DNA of 64,000 nucleotides from Amoeboaphelidium occidentale (Eukaryota): NCBI GenBank assembly GCA_023515795.1, contig JALGPX010000055.1, positions 1 to 64,000 of the forward strand, read 5' to 3'. Shown piece by piece: positions 10,151 to 21,773 of this stretch (position 1 is its first letter; each line of letters starts with the position of its first letter). The notes under the pieces were generated by a model. It saw only the letters and a program-made list of their open reading frames with translations, ran no database searches and was not told where the DNA came from. The position numbers and the translations under genes were made by a program.

Positions 10151-11284
10151 ATGTCCTCGTCAAATAAGAAGATGGCAATAGAAAACCTCTGCACCGAAAG
10201 AGACGAAAAAGAACAGGAAATTGCGCTGCTGCTAACAAATATGGCCGCTGAGTGTAACCAAATGGAAGAGCGATCCACTCAGTTCCGGGAGAATGGCCAC
10301 TGCGGCAGTTCGAATAATCCTACAATGGACGGCGGCGAGAATAACGGCTCTTATCTTTATAACAAAATATCACCGTTCGTAAAGACTTTGAATGAATATT
10401 ACGAAAAAGGAAAAGAATCGTCTTATGTTTTGAAGTATTCTGCAGAAACTGTCGAGAGTGGATTGAGTTATATTCTGAGCAGAGACAGTCAAGTTAATGG
10501 CGACTGTCAGTATCCTCAACAGAATGGCATGGAAGATCAGTCGTATCCTCATCTACAACAGGCGCAGTCGCAACCTCAGCAAATGCACCATCAACTGCCG
10601 CAGCAGCAGGGCACAGTCGCTTCTAACCCGAACCCTTCAATAATTCAGAGGTGGAATACTTACTTGTCTTCAGAGTCCATAAGATCTATTCAGTATTGCA
10701 TTGAGTGGCTGAAATACGCCAACAGTCACATTCAGTCGCAAGTCGATTTGTTAAAGACCAGCATGGATGAGTATTACGTTAACAATCAGAATTATCAGGC
10801 CCTCGTGCAGTTGATCATAAAAGTGAAACGTGAAGTTGTGGAGACAATGCGCAAGGTTGTTGAAGTTGTGGGAAAGTATGCTTATGGTATTCAGTTTGAA
10901 TCTAGAAATTTGCTAAGAGGATTCATTCTATCGCTTCCAATGCGACTGGTAAGATTTTATATATAGTGAAAGTTTACTTATTAATAGCAATTGGTCATGT
11001 CAAAGTTTAGTCCATCAACGAATGCTGCATACAATTCGCAAGATGCATCGCGATCTGGCACAAGAGACTCAAGTAAACTTCTCGAAGATGAATGCAACAA
11101 AGTTTTGTATATGGCACAAGAAGGAAATTCCATGTTGAAGAGTATGTTGGATGTACTAGAGGGAAGCAACAGGATTTCTGAGTATTTTGGTAATGATCCT
11201 GATAACTGCAACCACAGCAACGCACAAGTGCAGTACAAGCACGCTGATGTAAATGGTTCTGAGCCGGTGCAAATGGAAGAGTAA
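10151..11284 (+). CDS. Opi1-family transcription factor; intron 10949-10987
   Basis: YEKGKESSYVLKYSAETVES, LSSESIRSIQYCIEWLKYAN.HI, IKVKREVVETMRKVVEVVGKYA, RGFILSLPMR; GT-AG intron joins the two ORFs in frame. Confidence 0.82.
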
Positions 11285-11403
11285 CATGTATAATAATAAA
11301 AGCCTCCTTCTTCTTGTTTTTTTTCAGGTTTCTTGTGTTTCTGAGCTGTTTTTGTTTCAAGCGAGACCTTGTTGTTGCACTGATTCTCACAATCTTGTTG
11401 AAC

Positions 11404-12392
11404 ATGGAAAATACAATCTTTGCTCCTTTGTTTAGATTTTACTCTATTCCGGAAGTTAATTATGCTGCCTTTGTGATCTACTGCTTGTCTGTCAGTAACA
11501 AATTACGCAAAACAGGTTCTTGGTCACAGGAAGATGCAAAAAGACATCCGATCGGTTGCTTAGTATCTTTGATCATTGTGAACCTTGGCGGTAGATTTCT
11601 TATCGAGGGCCTATTGAAGTCTGGAACTATTTTACCGGTGCTCAGTGAAGACTTTAAAGTCTGGACTTGTTTTGTCTGTTGGTAATTTTGACTTTGTGGT
11701 AGCTAATTATGCCAAAGGTTGTTGATATATTTTTCGCCATACGATTCTGTTTATGTTTTGATCAACAGCCCTGCGGTTAATGTTAGTTTTGATGTTCTGA
11801 ATGATCTGATGTAACGGTATCACTGTAGGCTTTGTTTGTTTTGGTCAACAGTTGGAAGCGAAGCATTGACATAATCAATGGTGTCAATGAAGCTCGTGGT
11901 ATTTCTGATTCTTTCGTGGTTGCGACTGTTTTTGGCATCTTGAGTGGATGGGGTGGCTCTCTGTTGTTTCCTCTGGAAGCCTTAACAAGGTACAGAACTG
12001 TTCATAATGATTTGTGGATTCCATCAATGGGATTTATCTCGGTTATTTACTCTACTTTAACTTTAACATTGTTCACTGCTGCTGGTTCTTCTGTAAACCA
12101 AAAGACTTCATTGTTATCACAGATTATCAGTCAAGCATTTACTCGTTTGGACCTGTTTGGTGTTCCTGCCAGTGTTTTGGACCTGATCAAACCTTTAGCT
12201 TCAACCTTGACTTTGTCTAAACCATTTGCTTATACATTTGTTATCCTTCTAAGTGTTGGCTTTGCTTTGGTGGTTGACTCTGGGCTTTATGCTTACTTTT
12301 ACGTGAAACTAAACACGTCAAAGATGGAGAGGAAGACAACTCCAACTGCAGCTACTTCCAGTCCGAGGTCATCAAGAAAGAAGAAGCAATAA
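11404..12392 (+). CDS. TRIC (TMEM38) trimeric intracellular cation channel; introns 11682-11717 and 11782-11828
   Basis: RHPIGC.VS...NLGG, spliced WLLIYFSPYD, KR..DI..GVNEA, GILSGWGGSL. Confidence 0.75.
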
Positions 12393-12474
12393 ATGTACTT
12401 CTAGGGAATGTTACGATCTTCATGTTTTTTGGATCTCCTCATAGATTCGATTCTTTGTTATAACACTGTTAGAA

Positions 12475-13650
12475 ATGTCTAGAGGACTTTTGCGTCTCAG
12501 CATCCCATCTGCCTCGGTTCTGGTATTTTCCACAGTGAATTGTATGGCTGAAGATAAACAAAAACTACCAGCACATCATTTGCCAAACGGGAAAGGCTTC
12601 ATCAATCCCTGGCCTTCATGCGACGATCGAAGTGCATGGGACTTTCTATCTACTATTGTAACTCAATGGAATTACAAAAGAAGTAGACCGCCAGTAGATG
12701 ATCAGAAAGTTCCAGTTCGGAAGCCAGATTTTACTGTATTAAACACACCCTTAATGTCATCGGCTGACACTAAAGGCAGAGTAACATGGTTAGGCCATGC
12801 TTGTTTTCTTGTTCAGGTTGGTTCTGTGAATATCTTAACAGACCCTGTATTCTCTCATCGATGTTCACCATCACAACTGGTTGGGCCAGCAAGAATTACA
12901 AAGCCACCTTGTGAGTTGTCTGAGCTACCAAGAATTGATATGATTATCATATCTCACAACCATTATGATCATTTGGATGTTGAAACAATCAATACTTTGT
13001 TCAAGTTGAACCCAGACGTCAAGTTTTACGTTCCTCTCGGTAATAAGAATTGGTTTGCAGGTTTAGGAATATCAGGAGATTATGTAGAAGAGATGGACTG
13101 GTGGCAGGAATCCGTATATTCTAAGGATGGTAAAACATACAAGATTGCATGTACGCCGTGTCAACACTTCAGTTCTAGAACAGCTTTTGATCGCGACATG
13201 ACACTGTGGGCTAGTTGGGTTGTTCAAGCGGACGAGAAACTCTCATTCTATTTCGCTGGAGACACCGGATATTGTACAGTTCCAAAAGAACTTGGTGATC
13301 TTAACCCACATGATCGCAGCAAAGTCAAAGAAGAGCTACCAGTGTGTCCTGCGTTTAAGGAAATTGGTGAGAAGTATGGATCGTTTGATCTTGCTTGCAT
13401 TCCTATCGGCGCATACTCTCCCAGATATGTGATGAGTCGTGTTCACTGTTCACCTGAAGATGCTGTTGCCTTACACGTTGATATTAAGTCTAAATTCTCA
13501 GTAGGAATGCATTGGGGCACTTGGATTCTGACAGACGAAGATCCTACTGAGCCTCCAAAAAGGATTAAGGCAGAAATGTCAAGATTAGGTCTCCCAGAGA
13601 ATCAATTTGTCGTGTTTGACATTGGAGAAACACGAGATGTTCCCAAATAA
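12475..13650 (+). CDS. NAPE-phospholipase D / Fmp30-like metallo-beta-lactamase
   Basis: TWLGHA, LTDPVFSHRCSP, ISHNHYDHLD, PCQHFS.R, YFAGDTGY, IPIGAYSPR, GMHWGTW. Confidence 0.92.
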   Translation: MSRGLLRLSIPSASVLVFSTVNCMAEDKQKLPAHHLPNGKGFINPWPSCDDRSAWDFLSTIVTQWNYKRSRPPVDDQKVPVRKPDFTVLNTPLMSSADTKGRVTWLGHACFLVQVGSVNILTDPVFSHRCSPSQLVGPARITKPPCELSELPRIDMIIISHNHYDHLDVETINTLFKLNPDVKFYVPLGNKNWFAGLGISGDYVEEMDWWQESVYSKDGKTYKIACTPCQHFSSRTAFDRDMTLWASWVVQADEKLSFYFAGDTGYCTVPKELGDLNPHDRSKVKEELPVCPAFKEIGEKYGSFDLACIPIGAYSPRYVMSRVHCSPEDAVALHVDIKSKFSVGMHWGTWILTDEDPTEPPKRIKAEMSRLGLPENQFVVFDIGETRDVPK

Positions 13651-13825
13651 CGTTAAACTGTGTGAATATAACGATTTTCTACTACTACAGCATAATCTAA
13701 GCCCGTGTCTGTGCTCGCTCTTAAGTCAGGCCAACCTGAAACATGATTCTTGATGCGATCAAACACTGTTTCAAGTGAGGAAATGGTGCCTCACCCTGTT
13801 GAATTATTCAGATTTTCGTTATAGA

Positions 13826-15787
13826 ATGATCAAACTGCTAGTATTAGCTTTCCTGCTGTGCTTTTACCTAGCGCACGCTGATAATCAATGCTACAAAGCC
13901 TCAGAGACTTCCATAGATTTGTTGTTCTTATTCGATACCTCCTCTGACATGTGCCTACAAATACCTCAATTCATGGAAACTGTTCAGAAACAAGAGCAAC
14001 AACTGGTTGGCTTGAAACTACCTACTATTGAAAGTTATGCAAGTGTTCGTGTTGCTATCGGTGCATTTGGTACAAACACGATGTTGATGACATCTTTCAA
14101 AGCTTTTGGACAAATTCAATGGTCCACAATTTCTAGTCAATTACAAAGCGTATGTGGTGGAAAGATGCCACCTCTAACGGCATTGAAGGCCTTCGCGTCT
14201 AATGATGCTGCTATTCAGAAGAAATGTCAAGAAGGTGAATGTGCATTGAATTGGAGCAGTAGTAAGAAGATGATAGTGTTGGTAACTGGAAACTCTGAAG
14301 ATAATCAGGATACCTCATCGAATGAAGCACTCGCTACAACTTTAACAAGCGCTCAAATTGGTGTTCTTGCATTGTTGGATCGCTCAAAACCCTCCGTTGT
14401 CAGTTATGGAGACCCCAGCTTGTCTTATTACGTCTCTTCTAGCGAGAGTATTTATGTAGACAAGCAGAAAACCATTAACTCTCTCAAGAATGCGGGTCAA
14501 GGAAATAGTTTACAGTCATTGATATTGTCAAAGAATGGTTTTATGGTTTCCATGGATTTTCAAGATGTTCTAAAAGGTGCTTCTGTTATATCCAATGGAT
14601 TTATGGCTTCTGTTTTGGCTTTATGCGCAGAAAGTCAATGTGAAATTACTGACACTCTGTCTTACCGTTCTTTCAATGTATACGTGAATGGTGCATCTAG
14701 AAATGGCTCACCAAATCCAGTCAGCCAAAATGGACAGCAATTCATCAATATTCAAGGCTCAATAAGAGTAGTTGGTTCAGGAGGGCCCGTCGGGCTTAAT
14801 GGGCAATCTGGTCAAACTGTGGGTTCTGGTTCAACTGGTTCTCCTGCTGTTCCTGAAGCTATTGATCAAACAAATATCGGAAGTGGGAGTAATCCTAATA
14901 ATAATGGTGTGAATGGAAACACGCCACAAAATCCAGGCGGCGCCGGTTCTCCAGGATCACAAGGCTCAGAATTGACTCCAGTTGCTCCTAATCCAGCTGC
15001 AAACACGAATGCACAACAACCACCTGTATCAGAATCCAATGGTTCCTCTGACAGATCTAATAGTGGGCCAGCTCCTCCATTGCTTGATCCTGCCGATGGT
15101 TTTCTCAAGAACGGAACAAATGGCGATGAAGATGCATCAAACAAAGACAACTATGCCGCTAAGAATTCAAACAATTCTGCGGAACAGAGGAACAAGATCA
15201 ATTTGGCAGTCGGACTCACATGCTCACTTTTGGCTGTTGGAGTAATTGCTGCTTTGGTTTATAAACATAAAAAGAAGGGTATGGCTGGTTTTGATGAAGA
15301 AACTGGTGGTCCAGATGAAGAATTGGCTTCTGTCCCAAGAAGAAATGTGTTTGCTACTGATACATGGCGAAGCAACGTTGTAAGCATGATGACGGTAGAA
15401 CCAGTAGCATCATATTCAGATTCCCCTGCGCCAAAAGCTCGTGTTGTAACATGGGCAGAAAGTGACGCTGGAGGTTCTAGGAATACTCTTGCAACAGCAA
15501 ACTTAGAACGACCTCGGTCAAAAGTCGCAAGTTGGTTCTCATGGGTTGGTAATGCCGCTGCAACTGGACTGGGTCTACAGACAGTTAGCAAAGCTGAAGG
15601 CAACATACCCTCATCCAGCGTTCCTGATAATGATTCCATAAGAAGCAATCGAACACCAAAATTCTCCCGAAACTCTAGAGCAGGAGCCGCAACTGCACTT
15701 TTCCCAAGCGACAACGCATCTGCATACAGAACATCAATAGCTTCAAACTACTCGGACGACTCGTTGGATGTCAGCATGACACACTGA
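13826..15787 (+). CDS. Type I membrane protein: signal peptide, vWA-like domain, Gly/Asn/Ser/Pro stalk, one TM helix, cytoplasmic tail
   Basis: MIKLLVLAFLLCFYLAHA signal; IDLLFLFDTSSDM, VRVAIGAF, W.SSKKMIVLVT vWA-like strands; TM LAVGLTCSLLAVGVIAALVY followed by KHKKK. Confidence 0.65.
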   Translation: MIKLLVLAFLLCFYLAHADNQCYKASETSIDLLFLFDTSSDMCLQIPQFMETVQKQEQQLVGLKLPTIESYASVRVAIGAFGTNTMLMTSFKAFGQIQWSTISSQLQSVCGGKMPPLTALKAFASNDAAIQKKCQEGECALNWSSSKKMIVLVTGNSEDNQDTSSNEALATTLTSAQIGVLALLDRSKPSVVSYGDPSLSYYVSSSESIYVDKQKTINSLKNAGQGNSLQSLILSKNGFMVSMDFQDVLKGASVISNGFMASVLALCAESQCEITDTLSYRSFNVYVNGASRNGSPNPVSQNGQQFINIQGSIRVVGSGGPVGLNGQSGQTVGSGSTGSPAVPEAIDQTNIGSGSNPNNNGVNGNTPQNPGGAGSPGSQGSELTPVAPNPAANTNAQQPPVSESNGSSDRSNSGPAPPLLDPADGFLKNGTNGDEDASNKDNYAAKNSNNSAEQRNKINLAVGLTCSLLAVGVIAALVYKHKKKGMAGFDEETGGPDEELASVPRRNVFATDTWRSNVVSMMTVEPVASYSDSPAPKARVVTWAESDAGGSRNTLATANLERPRSKVASWFSWVGNAAATGLGLQTVSKAEGNIPSSSVPDNDSIRSNRTPKFSRNSRAGAATALFPSDNASAYRTSIASNYSDDSLDVSMTH

Positions 15788-15845
15788 ATAGAAATCGATA
15801 AAACTGAATCGAATGTGTTTATTATTTAAATCTAAGAATTACGAT

Positions 15846-16832
15846 CTATCTGCCTACATAATCTGTAACCAATTCAGAATTTTGTAAGTATGATACTTTT
15901 CCAACATGTTCGAAATTATCGATCAGAGGCGCATCAGAAACATTCAAACAAGCGAGACGTTCCTCAACGCTATGCCAGAATTGAACTTCTTGCTGGACCA
16001 TACTCTCAAACATTGTTCTTCTTCTTGAAATAAGTCTTCTCCAGCGTTCAGCAGTCTCATTACGGCGATCTACTAAATTTTGGCTAATTTCCTCTTCAAT
16101 GTTCCTGTTTAACACATCTATAATCGCAGTTTGTAAATCTGATGTATGTGGCGGTCTGTTTTCGTTTGTGTCTTCTTCAGCCTCGACAGGTCTAGAAGTA
16201 CCCTGAACGAGGCCTGTAGGAGTACTTCGGTTGTTCATGGGACTTGCAATTGAAGACATAATGAAGGGAGTTGATGTTGCGACTTGCAATGCACCATGAT
16301 CAACGCGATTTAAAAAGGCTGGTGCATCCTCAACTAGAATAATCGGAGGCTCAACTTCTACTGCTTCTACTGGTGACTCTTGATGCTGTAACAGATTTGA
16401 TAGTTCATTGATGGCAGAATGTTCCTCTTCACCAGTTATTGTGTCAGCAAATTCCCTCAAAGCATCACTAAACTGTTGCATTCTTGTAAGAGTTGCCACA
16501 ACATTTTCTAGCTCACCCTCGTCTTCCACAATTTGTTCTTCGCCACCACTGGCATCCTGATGTTCAGCATTTCTCAAGCGTTCATCTTCTTCATTGAATC
16601 TTTCATCGTTGCTAATAACGCGACCAGTATTAGGATCAATATATACGTGCACAATATTCCTGTTCGAAACCGTGTTATCAATACCTTGGATGACCGTTGT
16701 TTCACGTCTCGCTTCCACATGACCAGCACGGGCGTACGTTTCAGATGGAGACAAGAACATTGAAGTACGGGATGAAGGTCTTTGTAAGATAGGAGATGTC
16801 TCTGTAGACTGGCAGTTTCTTATCACGCCCAT
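15846..16832 (-). CDS. Hypothetical acidic protein
   Basis: 328-aa ATG ORF in a gene-sized slot, Glu-rich, no recognised domain. Confidence 0.6.
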   Translation of the reverse strand: MGVIRNCQSTETSPILQRPSSRTSMFLSPSETYARAGHVEARRETTVIQGIDNTVSNRNIVHVYIDPNTGRVISNDERFNEEDERLRNAEHQDASGGEEQIVEDEGELENVVATLTRMQQFSDALREFADTITGEEEHSAINELSNLLQHQESPVEAVEVEPPIILVEDAPAFLNRVDHGALQVATSTPFIMSSIASPMNNRSTPTGLVQGTSRPVEAEEDTNENRPPHTSDLQTAIIDVLNRNIEEEISQNLVDRRNETAERWRRLISRRRTMFESMVQQEVQFWHSVEERLACLNVSDAPLIDNFEHVGKVSYLQNSELVTDYVGR

Positions 16833-16956
16833 ATAATTTTAGTGAAACAAAGGTAACTTCTATTTTTAGTATCAAACTTAATTGACTGATTGGTCCGACT
16901 CAGGTTGCCGGCACTATGTAACTGTTTCAACCTCAAGCTGCTAGCAGAGAAGTGTT

Positions 16957-17706
16957 CTACTTGAAAAACACATCTAGAGAGTTTGATGCAGGCTGTGGCG
17001 CAGAAGGTGGCGAGCCCATTAGTTGATTAGCGATCATCTGAAAGAAAGGAGAGACTTGCGACGTCGATGCGGGAGGAGTATTAGAAGCTGTATCAGATAG
17101 AAGCTGTGGCATTGGGACTTGTTGAACTGGTGCGATAGACTGTGGAGGCGGGGCAGTTGCAGGAGCTTGCGCAGATTGCGGTGCTGAAACAGAGGGAGGA
17201 GGTGCAGCGGATACGTTTTGTGCTTGAGGCAAATTCTGTGGAACAGGAGCAGGTGCTGGTGTTTGCGGTGCAGTTGGAACCTCCAAAACAATCAAAGACT
17301 TGTGATAGTACAGAACTATCTCGCATAATTGTCTCAAAGAAAGCGTGCCACTTGAAACAGAACGTATCATGTTCTTGTAAGAGACATTTCGTGTTCCACC
17401 AAGTTCCTTGATCTTATTGTCGAAAGCCCAGCTTGGACTGTACTGAGTTGTTAGAGGAAACAAGGAAGTCCTCTTATCAAAAAGGTTTGCTATAAATCTA
17501 AGAAGCAAAGGATGGAAACCAGCTTGTGCGATATCATTGTTGAATGCGTATCTAAAGTATTTCATGGAAGGATTGTTTGAAGTCGCAGCATCCAACACAT
17601 AAGGTGTTCTCCTGTATGCTTTCAGTGGTGTCAATACATCTTGTCCGCCTTGGGCGTTGATGATTCCAATTACAAAAGTAACAATAAATAGCATTTCTTT
17701 AAACAT
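16957..17706 (-). CDS. Hypothetical secreted protein with Pro/Ala/Gln-rich C-terminus
   Basis: Signal-like MFKEMLFIVTFVIGIINA, about 120-aa globular-looking region, then low-complexity tail. Confidence 0.65.
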   Translation of the reverse strand: MFKEMLFIVTFVIGIINAQGGQDVLTPLKAYRRTPYVLDAATSNNPSMKYFRYAFNNDIAQAGFHPLLLRFIANLFDKRTSLFPLTTQYSPSWAFDNKIKELGGTRNVSYKNMIRSVSSGTLSLRQLCEIVLYYHKSLIVLEVPTAPQTPAPAPVPQNLPQAQNVSAAPPPSVSAPQSAQAPATAPPPQSIAPVQQVPMPQLLSDTASNTPPASTSQVSPFFQMIANQLMGSPPSAPQPASNSLDVFFK

Positions 17707-17962
17707 TCTACTCTTAAAATGTTCATGATGGAAATTTGGATTGCTGTATCGTGGAATTTGATTGATGGATTACGACTAGAATCCTTCAAGCGATGCAACA
17801 CGGGAATTCATTGTTCCGTGTTGGGAAACGCACACGATTACGCCACTAGTTATGATGTGTTCCCAACCGATGTTACTAACTAAAGCAGCCACCAATCCGG
17901 AGCGCCCCATTTTGACGTAACGATCCCTTGTCAAGCAGTTTCAGTGTATTTATAATTTTGAT

Positions 17963-19804
17963 ATGCCTTCAAAGGAAACTAAAGATACTGTTGTTGAGGT
18001 CGACCCTGTAGCAGCAGTTACTCTCTCATGGCAGAATGTGTCGTTCTCGATCCCTGACAAGAGTCAGAAAGTTGAAACAGACAAGGTTCTGCTTGATAAC
18101 GTTTCAGGTATAGTCAAACCAGGCGAAGTCATCGCGATTATGGGGGCTTCGGGAGCAGGCAAGACCACACTTCTAAATGTATTGGCAGGAAGGATAAGCA
18201 ATGAGGGAAAGTTATCTGGAACAATTCTGGTTAACGGTCAAGAACGATCAAAGTCAACATGGCAAAGAGTTATCGCTTATGTGGAGCAGGATGATTTAAT
18301 GTTTGAAAATTTAACGGTTCGAGAGACTTTGATGTACGCAGCTCGTTTACGCTTGCCTCGATCTGTTTCAGAGGAACAAAAGGCAGCAAGGGTCGATAAG
18401 ATCATTAACGAATTGGCTTTGGTGAAATGCAGAGATACTTACATTGGAGGCCCAAGTAGGAGAGGTATCAGTGGTGGTGAAAGAAAGAGAGTTTCCATTG
18501 GTATAGAACTTGTTACAAATCCTAGTTTGCTATTTCTTGATGAACCAAGCTCTGGGTTGGATTCTTTTACTGCTCTAAACCTGATAGAAACAATGAAACA
18601 AATTGCAGTTGATGACAATAAGACTGTCGTAATGACTATTCATCAGCCACGAGAATCTATTCTTGACCAAATCGACAAAATAATCTTGCTTAGTGCCGGA
18701 AAGGTTGTTTATGCTGGACCAGTAGCTGGTGCTATTTCACACTTTGACAAGATGGGCTATCCTGTTCCTGATCGTGTCAATCCTGCTGATTACTTCCTGG
18801 ATGTCATGACGATAGATTTGAGAAGTGAAGAGCTTCACACTGAGTCTCTAGAACGAGTAAAGAAATTTCAATCCTCTTGGGAACCAGAAAAAATCGATTT
18901 GTGTTCTGCAGATGCTAATGTTTCAGAGGGCTCGTTTTTACCGGGATTTGCTTCTGCAATCCATTATGAGTATTGGATTCTATTTGAAAGAAGTATTCAA
19001 GATCTTTTACGTGATCCTGCTTCGTTAGGAGCAACTATCGGGCAAGCTGTTGTAAACACGCTGATACTTGGGTTTGTGTTCTTTAGAATGGATTTGTCCA
19101 ACGAAGGTATCCAAAATCGATTGGGAATGTTGTTCTTCACTGCTATTCAACTCACATTTGGCAATGTTATGCCGACAATCGCAGTATTCACGACACAGAG
19201 AGATATTATTAAACGAGAAAGAGCCTCAAGATCGTACCGCGCAATAACAGCTTATTTGGCTAAATTATCTTCACAACTTCCTTTGGTAATATTTGCAACC
19301 ATTCTATTCGCTGTACCGGTTTACTGGATGGTAGGACTCCAAGCCGATGTAGTAAAATTCTTCACATGGTTAGCAATTGTTGTAGTTCATGCCTTCACTG
19401 CTACTTGTCTAGGTATCATGATATCATCTGGTGTTCCAAATGTCCGTGTCGGCCAGATCATTGGTCCAACTGTTGTTGTTATTTTCCTAGTATTTGGTGG
19501 TCAAGTTGTGAATGTTGATACAGTTCCAGTGGTTCTAAGATGGATAAAGTGGATTTCAATGATCCTCTACTCTTATTCAGCTCTTGCAATGAATGAAATG
19601 TCTGATCTCACATTTAGCTGCCCTCAGAATTCTCCTCCTGGATGTTCCATTGATGGTCTTGACGTCATTGAGAATTTTGATTTAGTTATTTTCTCGTCCC
19701 TTTGGTTCAGTGTCTTGATGAACTTTTGCTTGGGAGTTTCCTTTATTGTTCTTGGTTACATTCTCTTCAATTGGAGAAGTAGTCCAATGCTAAGACTAAA
19801 ATAG
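17963..19804 (+). CDS. ABCG (White-family) half transporter
   Basis: GASGAGKTT, ISGGERKRVSIG, LFLDEPSSGLDS, TIHQP, C-terminal TM domain. Confidence 0.95.
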   Translation: MPSKETKDTVVEVDPVAAVTLSWQNVSFSIPDKSQKVETDKVLLDNVSGIVKPGEVIAIMGASGAGKTTLLNVLAGRISNEGKLSGTILVNGQERSKSTWQRVIAYVEQDDLMFENLTVRETLMYAARLRLPRSVSEEQKAARVDKIINELALVKCRDTYIGGPSRRGISGGERKRVSIGIELVTNPSLLFLDEPSSGLDSFTALNLIETMKQIAVDDNKTVVMTIHQPRESILDQIDKIILLSAGKVVYAGPVAGAISHFDKMGYPVPDRVNPADYFLDVMTIDLRSEELHTESLERVKKFQSSWEPEKIDLCSADANVSEGSFLPGFASAIHYEYWILFERSIQDLLRDPASLGATIGQAVVNTLILGFVFFRMDLSNEGIQNRLGMLFFTAIQLTFGNVMPTIAVFTTQRDIIKRERASRSYRAITAYLAKLSSQLPLVIFATILFAVPVYWMVGLQADVVKFFTWLAIVVVHAFTATCLGIMISSGVPNVRVGQIIGPTVVVIFLVFGGQVVNVDTVPVVLRWIKWISMILYSYSALAMNEMSDLTFSCPQNSPPGCSIDGLDVIENFDLVIFSSLWFSVLMNFCLGVSFIVLGYILFNWRSSPMLRLK

Positions 19805-19855
19805 ATATGATGAGTTCGTTTTATTGAACTTCGTTTTAAAAGTACATGATAAATT

Positions 19856-21302
19856 CTATGGAAACGGTTGAGGTAAATAAACTGGTTTAGCAATTAAATG
19901 CCCCAAATACATCCGAAGAACAACTTTCAAGTATTTCTTAGTGAATGGCTTAGCAAGAATATCATTCATACCAGTGGACCAGTACAACGCCAGATCTCCC
20001 TCGGTTGTGTTACTTGTCATACTTATTATCGGAACTTCTTGATCCATCGCTCTTATTCGGTTAGTTCTACACAATATCAGTACAAACTTTATAAGTAAAG
20101 TGTTACGTTTCAATGCCATCAATTCCAGGCATCATGATATCCATAAGTATCAGATCGTATTTTCCACCGCTGATTCTTGTTGAATTGAACATTTGAAGAG
20201 CTTCTGATCCACTACTCGCAAGCTCACAGCCACAATGGAATACCTGAAGAATCCTAGAACCTAATAGCCTTATGGTTTCATCATCGTCAACCAACAAAAT
20301 CTTTGGTTTACGTATCCATTGAATATCATCAGAAGAACTTGGAAATCCACCAAACTGCATCGTTGGAAATACTGGAGCAGAAATAAATGGAACATGATGA
20401 ACTCCTGGAGGTATCATTGGACCTCCATGCATACTAGGAGCAGCAGAAGCAGTATTAACAGGAGCTGTAGAACTTGCAGCAGAGACAGAAGACATTCGTG
20501 CCATCTGGTCTTTTAAAACAGCAACTTCTCTAGTCAACTCTTTAACTCTGCTACTCAAAACTTGAATGGTCTGAATAGTTTCTTGTTGAAACTTGTGAAA
20601 TTTTAGAGCATCAAAACTTTCTGTTGAGATATTTACATCATCAGATTCCATAAAGTCATTACTGGTTGATGATTCTTTCAAGAGCGAAGATGACTTGGAA
20701 TCATTATCAACTTTACGCTTCCGTTTCAAATCAGGCAGTAAATCTTCCCTGCCTCGCTTAAACAGTTCATGATAGAACTCGCACTCTGGCACTGCAGCCG
20801 CTGTCGTAGTAGTTGAATTAGGTATAGTGTTGTTTGAAGAACTCGCGCTCTGATCAATAGGAGCAGAAGCACCAGTTGAACTATTATTATCTCCTTTTTC
20901 GGACAATGAAACATCATTCATTTTTCTGCCTCTCTTCCGGAATCCGTACTTGTTCAACTGCCTGACAAAAGAAGAAAAGTTTCCGTGCTTAAAGTGCACC
21001 GGCAACATTGTCTTTGCAAATGCACTCGAGTCGAAAATCAAAAAGGAATCTCCGGAATCTGACCATCTGACTAAATTCTTGTCTGTATGCTCTGAATTAA
21101 GAAATGTAAATATTTTCATGATGAAATCTGTAGGTTTCTGATCTCCGTGTTTCTCGCTCGCGGAGGAAAGTAGCTGCGGTTGAGGCTTCTGATCGGTTGG
21201 TTGTAGATGAGATTGTAAATGTAAATGAAGTTGGGGTAGAGCAGGCTGAGGCTGGAGGTTGTGGTGATGATGATGTAATGATGACTTATCTTCCTGTAGC
21301 AT
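19856..21302 (-). CDS. SKN7: Skn7/Prr1-type response regulator (HSF DNA-binding domain plus receiver); intron 20067-20106
   Basis: FKHGNFSSFVRQLNKYGF; ILLVDDD...YDLILMDIMMPGIDG; spliced tail PIISMTSN...GMNDILAKPF. Confidence 0.92.
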
Positions 21303-21773
21303 TTGTAGATAAAATATTTAGTATAGTCCAATTATAATCGTAATCTTTTCCTGTTATTAACAAGATATCTGCGCTTTCGTAGACTTTTGTGCTATAAATA
21401 GATTTTCAATAGTCTCTAATGTATTCTTTAGTCTCTAAAGTGGCAGAATTTGAAGTAGAAGCAAAAAGAATAACAACAACAACAACGGAGATGCTAACAA
21501 AATTCGAATGGATTAATTTCCTGTCGTTACTGAAGGGATTCTTTTGAATGCGTTTTCTTTATGAATAGGAAATCCACAACAATTCAACAAATTAGAGAGT
21601 AAGGGAATCTGTATTGAGTTGTGTGTCAATCTCCCTGTCGATCGCTCTGTGGCTTGGGACAAACAACAACAACTCGCTGGCGGCAAGCGACTGCGACTGC
21701 GACAAAACTCTCGTAAGCAGCAACATCCACTTTTCCCTTAGACCAATCACAACTTCCTGTTTCATAACTTATA

